Shown here: one piece after another, positions 38,513 through 53,352 of the stretch
How the letters are laid out: every line of letters starts with the position of its first letter
How positions within the stretch are numbered: the stretch's first letter is position 1
NCBI GenBank assembly: GCA_046563655.1
Contig: CM102287.1
Coordinates: 10,230,001 to 10,294,000 of the forward strand
Direction of reading: 5' to 3'
DNA: 64,000 nt
Source of the DNA: Yuukianura sp. NJ FZ-2021
Lineage: Eukaryota
Translations under genes and position numbers: made by a program
Notes under the pieces: generated by a model
The model's database searches: none
Seen by the model: only the letters and a program-made list of their open reading frames with translations
What the model was told of the DNA's origin: nothing

Positions 38513-40042
38513 TATGTGCAAAAAACTTCTAAGGAAATCTCTCGACTAACTTTGATCTCTAAGAAAAGACGAAAATTGGAAAAGTTTTACAAGAATTGGC
38601 TTAGTTAGGGGATTAGACTTGTTCCAATTGCAATTTAGCGAATTTGCCAATTTTCGCAAATGAGTTTGTTTGATGTCACGAAATGATCAGGTTGAAAAAC
38701 GTAGGTTGCAAAAATCTCTTGCTGAGAGATAAATTGCAAAGATAAAAATGATAACGATAATTTCGGGATTAAATTTCACTCATTGTGCAGAAATCTTGAA
38801 TTGACTTTTTCAAAAAACATAAAAATAAAATTCTGAAAATGTTTGCAAAATTGATTTTCGCACACATAAGGCTGAAAAGAAGCCAAGGGCATCGCATAAT
38901 TACAAGGGAAAGCAGGGAGGAGAAAGGTGCAAAAAAAAATTTGCAAATTCGCGAATGCGGACGCGGAGGAATACTCTGTGTGATTTTTCGGCAAAGGGAA
39001 AGTACAGGCTGGAAAATTTAAGAGAGAAGGCAAAATTTTGAATTTGCAAAAACAGAACACGGTAAGATATTCAGTCCATCATTTGACATTTTCACGAAAA
39101 GGTCATGACCCTTGCAAAAATCATTCAAAATTTTGCATTGTTTCTTGCAAAGTTTCAATTTGCGGATTAGATTGTGTAGTGGAATTGGTCAGTCTGGCTG
39201 AGGCGTGACGAGTTTTATTGCAGTGTTGTTGCTTCTGTGCAAAAAAATTGCGAATGTGGAATTTCTGAAACAAGTGATCAAAATTAGCGATTGGAGGGAC
39301 AAAGGTTCGGTTTTGCACAGTTTGCAATTTCTTTGTCACACAGTTCCATTCATCGCGAATTCAAAAAGATAGTTGTAGGCGGATTCGCTGATTCATCGTT
39401 TCTGTTTTTCCAAAAAGTTAAAAGTGTGCAAAAAGTTGGTCAACATGCGCAAATTCTGAACTTCTATTGCGGATATCCTTTTGTTCATTTACTTTGCATC
39501 GTATAGACTCCATAGAATTATCTCCAACATTCACTAAAGGTCAAAGTCCACTCTCAGCTGTTTGTTCTACGTAAATTACTAACCTTAATCATCAATTAAT
39601 TACATTAACTGTTCGACTAACTTCACATTTTGTTAATTCCAGATTTGGAATCGTCATTCGTGACCCAGCTGATGTGAACAGTAAACGAAAAACGAACGTC
39701 AGACGTTCCAGAAGGCGTGAATTTCTGCAGTTCAAGATTGTCTTCACTTAAACATCAAGGCTGTCTTCGTTGTCTAACATTTACTACAATTAGCTAAATC
39801 GCAGCGTTGATTAATTCTGGACGTTGACCGTTATGTCATTGAGTATGGAGCATTGACATCAATTGATAATTAGACAGAAAGGAGTGATTTTGGAGAGCTA
39901 GTACCAGGTAAACTTCTAGGTTTACGTTAAATATTACCCAGTAATCCAGATACCGAGATACCCGAATTGGTATTTCCGATTACCCACTTAGAACTTTACC
40001 GTTGATTTTCTTTTCAAGTGTTGATTTACTTAGTTTAGGTAA

Positions 40043-42145
<2,103 letters not shown>

Positions 42146-43245
42146 ATGAAGTGAGACTGAAGGTCAAGGGGTGAAGGTTGCTTTAAACCAGAGTGTTAGT
42201 CACCTAACAGAGGCTTCTCTAGCGTTTTAAGCTAACTTAACTTAGCTTTTGCTAAATTCTTAATTAATCTAAGCTAATTAAGTTGCTGACAGTTTGTAAA
42301 AGGTAGGATAGGATGAAGCAAATGCAGCGATTGCCTTTTGGAAACCCACGGTTCAAATCAAGTGAAGAGTGTTAGTGAATTTTATGAATGGAACTTACTC
42401 GATAGTTGTTAAGTTTAGATGTAATTAGTAATTCAGCTAAAGTAATTAGTAATTTAACCAAGTAATTAGTAATTAACTAAGCAGTTAACTCAATTCTTGA
42501 AATCAAGCAAACAACGTACCTTGTTCAAAACTTTTTTTGTGGAAACAGCGACGGAGACCAAAAATCGTAGATGCTAAAGAGATGTTTATGGGAGTAGAGC
42601 ATTTAATGTTATGACCTAAAGATTCTTAATTGTTAGGTTAATTAGTTTAATTGTAATTAGATTGTGGACATTACAAATCGATTGAGCCAAGGAAATGAAA
42701 AGATTTCGGAATCACGTGACGGATTGTAATTAAAGTTAAGTTATGATAAACTCCTAATTGATTGACGGTAAAACCGAAAGTTAGCAGTGTTTAGGGAGTC
42801 TTTTGCGTTGTATAAGTATCGCTTTGAATATAGTTTAAACTGATGATTCTACCAATGTTTCCGTTAGTTCGTTTCTTAATTAACGTTAGTTTCTTAATTA
42901 AAAACAAAGTTACTTCCGTTTGCTAATTGAGGTTCAGAATGCAGTTTATTTACAGACGTTGTGTAGTTGCTCATAAACTTACCTCTATTATGTTATGTTG
43001 AACTTTTTTAAGACTACGAAGTTGATGATAAAGTTAGTGTGACATTTATGAAAGTATTTACAATCCAATTAACAGTTTGCTCGTTACTGTTCGCCCCTCA
43101 GACATTGTCGTAATTCATTCTAAAAAAGTTGGTTAGCAAGCTAAAAGGAGCGGATACCGTTGGACAATGGACGTAGCGCTGTTAAAGATGGACGATTGTT
43201 GCCACTTGAAGTCCATTTTGCTTCAGTTGTGATTAATTGAGATGT

Positions 43246-43519
43246 TTAGAATCGACTGTTTGAGGAGGCTGCCAGTTTCTTGAGGCTGAAAGTGGAGAGA
43301 CAGATTCCAACGCAAGCCAAGAGCGTAGCACTGCTGGAAGCCAGTCTCTCAGAACGGCTCAAGCTGGACTGCGGGAGGTTCTGTAAACGTCAAAAGACAA
43401 AAAACTTTACGTTTACCAAGAGTAAACAATCACAATATTTGGTGAATTTCGGATCAGCTGACCTGAGGAATTGAGAAGTTGATGCGAAATGATGCACCGA
43501 GACCACGGAGAAGAAGCAT
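43246..43519 (-). CDS. Putative 63-aa spliced microprotein, absent from the ORF track
   Basis: Exon 43519-43463 (MLLLRGLGASFRINFSIPQ), 82-nt GT-AG intron 43462-43381, exon 43380-43246 (NLPQSSLSRSERLASSSATLLACVGICLSTFSLKKLAASSNSRF*). Confidence 0.65.
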
Positions 43520-44275
43520 ATCCTGTCAGTGTTTTGATTAATCCAAAATCCAACTTAAAATGGAGTCTGTAAACTTTGAAAATGACGAATTTAAAACGTT
43601 TTTAGCAACATTCTATGGGTTTTTCGACATGAATGTCAAAAGTTCAGTAGAAGTATTAGGTCAAAGGTTAAACTTACCAAAGCAATTGAGACTTGATGAG
43701 GTTCCGGGTGGACTGAAGGTTGTGTAACTCGTGTCCTAATTGATTAACTGACCTCGATGACCTCGGTTCGATTGAGAATGTACCGTTTCTTCCGAGTCGT
43801 GTTGGTTATCCACCCTCCCTGCCTCTTTCTCCGTTATAATACCCGTTTTAGCAGCGGCAGCGATGTGGCGACTGGACTTCCTGGATTCACTCCAAGCGAC
43901 GGAATTTAGTTGCAGTAATTTTAGAATTGGCAAAGAACAAGAAGTGAAGAGCATGCGAGGACACGGGGAGGGGAAGTGGCACAAGAAAGTCCAAATTCCA
44001 TAACAAAAAAAAATTGAGATTGGAATTTCGCCTGGCGCAAAAGCAGAGACAAGTGGAGGGTTCGCTGCATTTGGCGCCTCAACGAGTGCAGAAATCATAC
44101 GGAACAAAAAGGTTCCCTCGGCCTCGCAGATTTTAGTTTCTAATTAAATTTGGCACTTTTATCTTTAATTACAAGTCTTTTATCGCGGTTAATTTCTTTT
44201 TGGACACTTAACCTAGAGTTACGCCCTTCCGCCTTTTCTTTCTGGGAATCTGAACGACACGACGACAATCAATCG

Positions 44276-45481
44276 ATGGATGGACAGCACGTCACCAATG
44301 GACCACTCAAAACACCGTTTGTAATTGGTGTAGCCGGTGGAACTTCATCTGGAAAGGTATACTTTTGAATGATTAATCATTAATCAACTTTAACTATTAG
44401 AAATCTAACAGTATGCTTTGTTAGTTTTCAGTATGTACGAAGATCATGGAACAGCTGGGTCAAGCGGATGTGTCAGACAGTCAACGCAAAGTTGTTTGCA
44501 TTTCACAAGACTCATTCTACCGGCAACTCACTGGAAAGTTGACCCCAACCAACAACTACGATCATCCAAGTAACTAACTAATTATTAATGATGATTTAAC
44601 CTAATTATTGATTATTTAAGTTCTAATGTCATTTGCCAATAGATGCTCTGGATGTGGATCTGTTGTTGGCCACTCTGCAAAACGTAATCGATGGGAAACT
44701 GTGTGAAGTTCAGTTGTACGATTACGCCAAGAATGCGCCCAAGGAAGGAGAGACTGTCAAGATTTATCCTGCGGATGTCGTTTTATTTGAAGGGATTTTG
44801 GCCTTTTACTTTCCACAAGTCAGAGATTTGTTTCACATGAAATTATTTGTGGACACGGATGCTGATACGAGGCTGTACAGGAGAGGTAATTCTTCAAAAA
44901 CTGAAAAAATCGGTTTTCAAATTACAATTTTAAAACATTTTTAGTAATGCGTGACGTGGAGCAACGTGGACGTGAGTTAGAAGTTGTTCTGAATCACTAC
45001 ATGGACTTTGTCAAACCAAGTTTCGAAGAGTTTTGTCTTCCTGTAAGTAATTAAATGTTTACAATTCTGAATTAATCGATTAACTCTGTCTTTCCTTTTC
45101 TAGACAAAGAAATTCGCTGATGTTATCATCCCCCGTGGTGCTGACAACACAGGTAAAGCAATCAAGGCCATCGTCACTGGTGTCACGGCACAACTTGACC
45201 TCAACCGTCCTTCCAAGCACCAAATTCCTGCTAATCGCTTCACCTAATTTTCCCACTTTCAATTAATCATCAATCAAGAATCACTTTTGTACTCAATTTT
45301 TCAACTTGTCTTTTCTTTCGCAGTTGCAATTTCCCTCATCGTTCAACACATCCAAGAAGTCATGAATGTTCGACACGGAGGGAATGATGGCCCTCATCCA
45401 CCTTCGGATGTCACTTCCAGGTCAACTGTCGTTCCACGCAGAGGTCAACAGACGAAGGACTTGTTGTTCCGACCGCACTGA
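44276..45481 (+). CDS. UCK: Uridine-cytidine kinase
   Basis: [78 protein letters not shown], ending RPH*. Confidence 0.95.
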
Positions 45482-45902
45482 ACTCCATGACACTCAACAC
45501 TCTCAAAGCTATTCAGTTTTAACAATGTCAATTACTAATTAGTCACTCAACTATTCAATGCAACTTTACCACAAGCTGAACGTTTGGTTAAGAATTCTCA
45601 ATTTCAAAATGTATTCTTTAGACTTTTTTTTAGAATAAAAGAATACATTTTTGAACACTCGATTTTCAAACTTCCCAAAACGTTCTGAATATTCGAAATT
45701 GTTGCCATGACAACCCAGCGTTGCAGTAGTCGTGCATTGTTTACTGTCTTTATTTTCGAATTTTGGGTGTTTTTCGCGCTGGTAGGCGTATTTTATGAAA
45801 ATCTTTGTCGTATTTCTAGTAAACTCTTTTAGCTTTTAACGTTTCCACTTTTAACTTTTAACGTTTCAACTTAATTAGTTTTTAACTTTAGTTAAAGTTA
45901 AG

Positions 45903-47228
45903 ATGAATCGTGACGTTTGTTGCAACAAGACGAAAGAGCCGTTCCAGATCCCTGGATATGCTGGAGTTGTTCCTGGACTCGAATTTGAACATGGCTTAAC
46001 TTACTCCAAGGCCTCCCATGACCTCATGGTTCGTCATCTCGTCAACCCTGGACCAAAGGGACCACGACCCATCATCTACCCGGATCCTTGCAGGGTACTT
46101 TGACCTTTGACCTTTGAATCAAAATTTTAAAATAATCTGATGTTTTAACACAAGGGACATGAAGCTGACCTTCGAGCGAGATTCCACTTACTCCAGGGGG
46201 AGATTGACCCCAATCCTTGTCAGGTCAAAATGAAACAAACTTAAAATTGTTTTAAAAAATACTAAAAACTTGAAATTGTTCTAAAAAATTGTTTTTTCTT
46301 GTAATTTTAGAACACCGAATGGAACAGTCGGAATGTCTTTTGCGTCCAAAAACCAAAATTTCCATGTCCTCCAAAATTGGTGAAGAACAATCAGCATGGC
46401 TACCTCTCGCGTCTTTCGGTCTACCAAAGTCCAGATCTGCAGGTCATGGCATGCAAAGCATCCAACACGTCGCCTTGTCCAGGAAGAGAGCCGCAGGGCA
46501 GACCATTCTGGAAGGAATACGAAGACATCACCAACTACGATCCATTCCAAGTGACATTAATCGATTAAATTCTCAATTAATCGATTAGTTCCTCAATTAA
46601 TCCCAAAAATACAACTTTTATATTTTTCCAGGAATATTCTCCAGAATGTCGTCACTTGCGTCTTCCGAAACTGAAGTATCAGAGCAAAGGGTGCTGGGAT
46701 CAAGATCACTACATTCCAGTCGAGTGTTTGTGCGATTACGCCAGAATGGGCGTGGTCAAGAAACCGAAGATGTGCGAATGCTTGCCACTCGATCCTCGGA
46801 AACCCGACTGGGCCGTCAAGTATCACCGAATTCCACAAGATCCACGCACTTTTATCCTCCCGTACTTTGCTGATCCAACCAATCCTTGGCGCTACTTCAT
46901 CCCTGGATTTACTGGACACGTTCCCACAGAACGCTTTCGCATTGGAGATCCCTATGCCATCAGTACACGCAAAGCGCTGAATCGCTTCACCACCAACTAC
47001 TTGTTTCCGCATCTTCTGGATCGCTGTCCAGTGTACCTCGATCCAGACCAAGTCACGATTCCGACGGATTCGTTTGAAAAACGTTGTGACCGACGCAAGT
47101 CGTATGACGGACATTTTCATGAAAAACCGATTCGTGATCGACTCAAACCGATTTTTGATCCGAAGAAATGTCCACGTCCGCCCGTCAACGAACCGTATCC
47201 ACTCTGCATCGATACTTTTCCAATGTAA
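45903..47228 (+). CDS. FAM166/CIMIP2-like (UPF0605) putative axonemal microtubule inner protein
   Basis: Two IPG(Y/F)xGxVP repeats (QIPGYAGVVPGLEFEHGLTY; FIPGFTGHVPTERFRIGDPY); four phase-0 exons; C/P-rich. Confidence 0.7.
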
Positions 47229-47413
47229 AACCAAAACTTCAAAAAAATTCAACTTTTTTCAAAATTATGCTTTTTCAAAATTTTGGAATACCCTTGAAAT
47301 GTAAAATGAATTATGATAGATAAAATTTTGATGGATAAAATGATAAAAAAGGTTTTTATAAAAGTTGAATAATTAGTTGTTACGTTAAGTTATGCTTACT
47401 ATTTTCTAAAAAT

Positions 47414-50194
47414 CTACGTGAGAATTGAGATGGTAATGAAGGAAATGAGAAAACTGAGTAGAGTGTTGGATAGTCCGATAGTTTTGGATAGTATCGAGTA
47501 TCCTGATGAGTGTCCAATGCTATCCACAACGTTAATTTTCCATCCCATGTTCGGAGCTAGGAAACTTCCATAGTAGACCACATCAGGCCATGATGAGTTC
47601 GGAGTGAATTCAAGTATTCCCGGTTCGGAACTGTTTTCACACTTGACCTTCAAACTGTTTCGGTATTTTTGAAATGTCGGAAACAGTTCCGACGAATCCA
47701 GTCTTCTATCGTACTTTGTGTGCATCCAGAGACACAGACGACCCGCAGCAGTAGGGCGACTTTGACCTCTTCGGGTCAACTCCACTCCAGCAAGGATGAT
47801 GGACCGAGGAACTTGGGCATTGGGCTGGAACAGACAAAAAACGATTATTAATCGATTAAAACCACGCGATTACTTCATGAATTAATCGATTACTTCTGTG
47901 CTGATGACCATGGGATGGTAAGTTTGCACATTCTGGGGACTGTTGCCTCCTTCAACTCGGAACGAGTAGGTGAGGCCTCGTTGCATGATCAGCTCCGGAG
48001 CCAAGTAGCCATGGATGTACCAAGACAGACCAGGAGATGGCAATCCTTCAAAAAAAAAAATCAAAATTTCGAAATTCAAAAAATTTCAAAAATTTGTTGT
48101 ACGTTTTGGAAAATTTCTCACCAGTGATGCCTTCATAACCACGAGCTCCGCCGGATGGGCCCAATTTGGCAGTAAAGGCTCTCAGTTTTGCATCGTTTAT
48201 CAAAAAAGGTCCCCATGGTTTACTGGAATCAGAGTAATCAATTAATCGATGACTTTAATAATCCATTAATAATCGATTACTTACACTTGTTGTTCAAAAT
48301 CAGATCGAACTACAAACGGCGAGCACTGAATAAGCGGTGGTTGTCTTGCAAAATCGATTTTCTTGATCTGCTTATTCCAGATTCTGTGAAATCCTAGATT
48401 TCCATTGGAGAAAACTTTGCCAACTGCGAAGATAACTGAAACTGGACTGCCAATTTTGAATTCTTTGTCGTTTGATTCTGAAACTGTGAGTTGACGACGG
48501 TAAGTGATGGAAGTAATTGAGTTGATTCTTTTATGGTTGAGTAGTTGGAGTGAATCTGATTTTTCTAAAACAGCATCAGCACAGACACCGTGCTTCATGT
48601 CTAAGATTGTTGTGCAAATTGCTTTGGCATCAATGTGCAAATCATGAATAAATCCCTTCCCATTCTGAATGTATCCAGCAGCCACGTCGGAACCAATCAT
48701 CTGAGACGCATTCTCACTCCCACTGATTCCAAATCCCATCCACTCATCAGCATCTACAATCAAAATTTTGAAAAATGAAAATTTTTCAAAAATTTTCAAA
48801 TTGAAAATTTGGAAATTGGGTCTTACGAATGAGTCCAATGAGTTCTATTGTAATGGTTTGTCCTACGACGTCCCAGCTCACTTGAAGGTCGCCGTGAAGC
48901 TGTTCACAGTTTTGCAGAGGATACTCGTAGCGCTGGAAATTGAAGCCATTTGAAAAACTTTACGATTTGAAAAAGTTCAAAAATATTTTTAAAAAATAAA
49001 ACTTAGTTTTCTTGTTTTATCGAACCTCAACTTTGTCCAGATTGGGTGGAACGTTGAGTTCTGGTGGAATGGTGGCATATGCAAGTGGTTTGTCTCCTGT
49101 TACATCGTACACTGCCAACCAATCGATGTTTTCCATCTTGAGATCTCCTGGAAGAATTAGCAAAACGTCTTCGTGGTTGTAGATTCGAAGCGGTTCTAAA
49201 CTAAAACCGAAAAAAGAGACATTTTACAAAAAAAAAGTTATTAGAAAACTAAATAGACCAACTTACTATCCATTTTCATCCGGGATGTGTGTGTGACCTC
49301 GTGAAGAGGGCAAGTGACCTTTGCCAACCCAGAAGTACACCTCTACAAGAACAACAAAAATTCCAAACTTTAGCATTTATCTTAGTTTATCTCGGATTTC
49401 AGGATTTAATTTTTGTTTTGGCATTTATCTTAGTTTATCTCGGATTTCATGATTTTTGTTAGTTTAGTTACCTTGATCGTCATCTCGATGTAAATTGAGC
49501 CCTTTGATGACGATTCTCTTGGTGTCCAGCAATTCAACATCATCAGAGTTGACATCATTGGATCGGCTGGTCAGAGGCCCCAAATGGTGAGTTCCAGGCG
49601 GAGAGAACCCTTCTGGAATGTAAACATCTCCGTAACTCACGAGTCTCGACAGATCAAACACAGCTATCCACTGGATTTCGTTGATCTTCTTCCCATCAGG
49701 CAGAGTTAGAATGATGTCACGATTGTCATACTTCTCCAAAACATTCGTCCTACAAAAATGGAAAAAGTTAGACTTAATTGTAATGTTAATTACATAATTT
49801 CTAAATCTGTCCACTTACCTTCCATTTTCATCTGGAATTATAAACCCTTGGCTGCTGGGATTGCTGTTTTGACCAGCCCAGAAATAAGCATCTTTCCCTA
49901 GACCGTCATAGGCAAATCCTTTGATGTGAATACTGGTTTCGTTGATGGCGAAAACTTGCCCTTTGACCCCGTGGTGGTAAACTTCGAACTTTCCTATCGG
50001 ACTGCCATCTTCTGACGGAGCAACTCCAGATACTGTTTCAATCCAGACAAAAAATTACTATTCTTGAACTGGTTAATATAAACGTTGAGAAGTTGTGTGG
50101 TGGATGCAGGATGGAGTAATCTGTGATTAAACTTACGAAAGTTGAGGAAGATGAATATCCAAGGACAATGCCTGAGACATGAGCTCTGTCCCAT
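47414..50194 (-). CDS. knk: Knickkopf-family chitin-organising protein (2x DM13, DOMON, GPI-like tail)
   Basis: FAYDGLGKDAYFWAG, NCEQLHGDLQVSW, MGFGISGSENASQMIGSDV, GYLAPEL..RGLTY.F.VEGGN, LAGVELTRRGQ.RPTAAG, WPDVVYY, hydrophobic C-terminus. Confidence 0.88.
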
Positions 50195-51205
50195 GTCTCA
50201 GTTGACAAGATGCTGACAGAATTCGGAGTGGAGGATGATTGTTGATCTTGTGAGACTGTAGACATCCCTTGGAGAGTTGGTTGGGAACGATGGAATGGGA
50301 ATTGCCTGTAGCTATTCCATTGTTGTGGATTGTTGAAGGTAAAGTACAGAGGTGAGGAGGAGGAATGAATGAAGTTTCTCAAAGTGTAAGAATAAAAGCT
50401 ATAATGCAACAGGTAGGCGGTGGGCGAGTAAAGTGCAGAGGAAAAGGAAGATCAAGGGGAAGTAAGTAATTTACTGGGAACCAAATCCCAGTAATTGACG
50501 CAGAGGAGGGGAGCTACAGATCACGTTCAGTATGCATCCAAATCCAACATATCCCAGATCAATTCTGAAGCACAACGACCAAAAGCACAGCACCTGAAAT
50601 ATCATAATACACAAAACATTAGGAACAATTCACGGATTGATTTCGAAATAGTTTGACAAAGATCAACTATGACCATCCCATTCTTAACCTTCAAGATTCA
50701 TTTAAATCATTACAAAATAAAAGTTAAGGAATAAGTTTATCGTTGTCTACTATCAACCTGTCAATTAACGCCTTTTCCCAATATCCCCCAGAACCAATGT
50801 CCAGATTTTCCCACAACGTTATACTGTTAACTTCAACATCTCGATTAATCATAATTAACACTCAATTGACAAGTTAATTAACTGTATTCAAACTTTAGAA
50901 ATTTCGAAATGAAGAATGAAACAAAGAATGCCGTCATTCATTTTATAAAAAAAAATAAACAAATTGGTAATTCTAAAAGTTACTTTCACTCACATTGCAC
51001 CTTTCACCAGAGTTGGGCAAAATAAAAAAAGGCGCCAAAATAATTTAAATATTTTCCAAATATTTTTGACTTTTTGATTTGTTTTTGTTTTAAAAAAAAA
51101 CAATCCGACCGAATTCCTAACAATGATCAATTAATTAATTAAGATTAGTTGATTAGATCTTGGTTTGATTAACGACAACAGAAGGTGATTTGGACTTACG
51201 ATACG

Positions 51206-52587
51206 ATGGGACTGAGGGAGATACGGTGTTTATCAATTCTTCAGAGAGTAAGTAGACTAAGCAGTCCTGCTTTGAGGTCACAAAGGTCAACTGGAATCCT
51301 AACTTTATCGACTGTTCGGAATGCGTCTTCCGCTGCATTTGGTGACACAAGTGACCTTGTCCAGGAAGCAAAGAAGTTTAACTTGGTTCCAGGAAGCACG
51401 AGTGATGTAACTGCTGCAGCAAATTCCATCAGTGGAGATGGAATTCCACATGTCGTCGGTCACATATTTTCAGATGCTGCTCCAGTTCTCTGGGCCGGAG
51501 AAATACTGAACCAAATCCATAGTATTCCAGGTTAGAATTCATACATTTATCTCCTAAAACGGTAAATTATAGTAGTTAAAATCTTGATTTTTGTAGGCAT
51601 GGATTGGTCCACAACTATTCTGCTTACGACAGTCGGAATCCGGCTGTTCGTGGGATTTCCGGTGGCAGTTTTTCAGCAAAAGTCGGTGGCCAAATTGGAA
51701 AATCTGCAACCAGAGTTCAAGCAACTGGCGACAGACCTGGCTCGTGAAACGGCAATTGCTACTAAACTTTATAACTGGAATGAGAAGAAGGCTCGAACAT
51801 CGTTTAAACTTTCAGTAAGTAATTAACCAAACTAATTAACGTACTTAAGTTATTTTCATGAAACGTTAGACTTTTATGATTTCACGTTTAATTTGTTTCA
51901 GTTCAAGAAACACTGGCGTCGAATGGTTGAAGAAAACAACTGCCATCCTCTGCGTGCCCTTTGCCTCACAACGTTACAACTTCCGTTTTGGGTTGGTTTC
52001 TCCTGTGCTCTGAGGAACGTCGTCTATGTTCTTCCAGAACCTCGAACTCCCGGTAAGCTTAAGTTAGCAATTATTAATCGAATATCTAATTACTTCATGA
52101 TTCCTCTTTTTTTCTTCTAAGGTATGGTCGTCTCCTGGATGCAAATGGCCAGCGAGAGTCCTTTGTGGATAGAAAGTTTAGTCACGGCAGATCACTTCAT
52201 TCTACCCGGAATTTTCCTAGCCGCAAGTCTAATGAATATTCAACTCAACACTTTGAGAAAACTGACAGTTCCACAGACTAAGCTCCAGAAAGCACTCCCT
52301 TGGATTTTCAGAGTGGGAGTTACAGGAATTTCAGTATTTGCAGCATTCACACCTTCCGTGAGTCTCTAACTTCAATTAATTACTTATAATAATTACAATT
52401 ATTACAATTTTCATAATTAATTGTTACATTCGAATTACAATTTTGTTTGTTTTTAATTACCTTCCAGGCAGTGACATTGTATTGGGCGACATCAAGTGTG
52501 GCTGTGCTTGTCCAGAATGTTTTAATGAAGACGAAACCAGTTAGACGCTTCCTCAGAATACCTTCGACTCCTACTCAGCCGCACTGA
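51206..52587 (+). CDS. COX18: Mitochondrial COX18 (Oxa1/YidC family)
   Basis: Presequence-like N-terminus; W.TTILLTTVGIRLFVGFP, NNCHPLR...QLPFW..FS.ALRN, LWIESL..AD..ILP, LYWATSS...QN; stop at 52585-52587. Confidence 0.92.
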
Positions 52588-52864
52588 AAACTTATGCTTG
52601 ACCTTTGACCTCTTGACGCTTAAATAGTCAAAATCAATCTAAGCGGAATAAAAATTCGCAACACAGAGTTCAAAATTTCGAAACTTTTTTGAAACTGAAA
52701 TTGGGACCATGTATTTAGCAATCATCTAAAGGTAATACAGTTGGCTAAAGCATATTCAAACATTTATTAAACTACTTCGGGTACTCATTTAAATATGTTT
52801 CAATTGTGGTTTTAAATCCAGCAGCAGATGATGTCCAAAATGGGAACAACGCTTGGTTAACGTA

Positions 52865-52979
52865 AGGATTAACCAACGTCACTGTTGCCGCACCTCGTAG
52901 CCATCTTTGGTGGCTACAAGTGGCAACTTATGTAGCCACAGGGCGGCTAAACTGCGGTTGCAATGACGTTGTTAAACCT
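52865..52979. mobile_element. Non-autonomous TIR element (AGG...CCT ends, TA flanks), copy 2
   Basis: TA-aggattaaccaacgtcactg ... caatgacgttgttaaacct-TA, with the same GTAGCCA/GTGGCTAC core as 32453-32660. Confidence 0.7.
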
Positions 52980-53352
52980 TACCCCAACCCAACGTTTGTT
53001 AGGATGAAGAGAATTGATAGGTTAGTCGTTTACATGCTAAGTACAATAATATAATTAGTTTCATAAAATTCTTATACAAATTACAGTTAAGAATGGTTTC
53101 TCTTCAACTTTTACAACTGTGATGAAGTTCCAAATGTTTTAGTTGTGTTAATTGATCGTTTCAAACCACAACTTTGCTCGATTTAGTTTTTTAAATGGTA
53201 AGAGAAGGTCAAATCTGAATTAGGCTTGAAAAAAAGTAGTTTCTCAAAGTTTTTCGTCCGTTAGTTCCTCTTCGTCGTCAACTGGAATCCCACATTCTAA
53301 CTTTAAACCTACGCGCTCCCTCCCTCATTTTGTTTTAAAAAAGTGGATAGTC

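Noticed and set aside
43736..44107. 123-aa minus-strand ORF upstream of the microprotein
   Set aside because: No motif; overlaps the probable divergent promoter and 5' leader.
49373..49449. 29-bp direct duplication in a knk intron
   Set aside because: Simple local duplication with two copies only and no functional signal.
50038..50409. 123-aa ORF overlapping the knk start
   Set aside because: Non-ATG start, out of frame with knk and runs into the intron; treated as 5' UTR.
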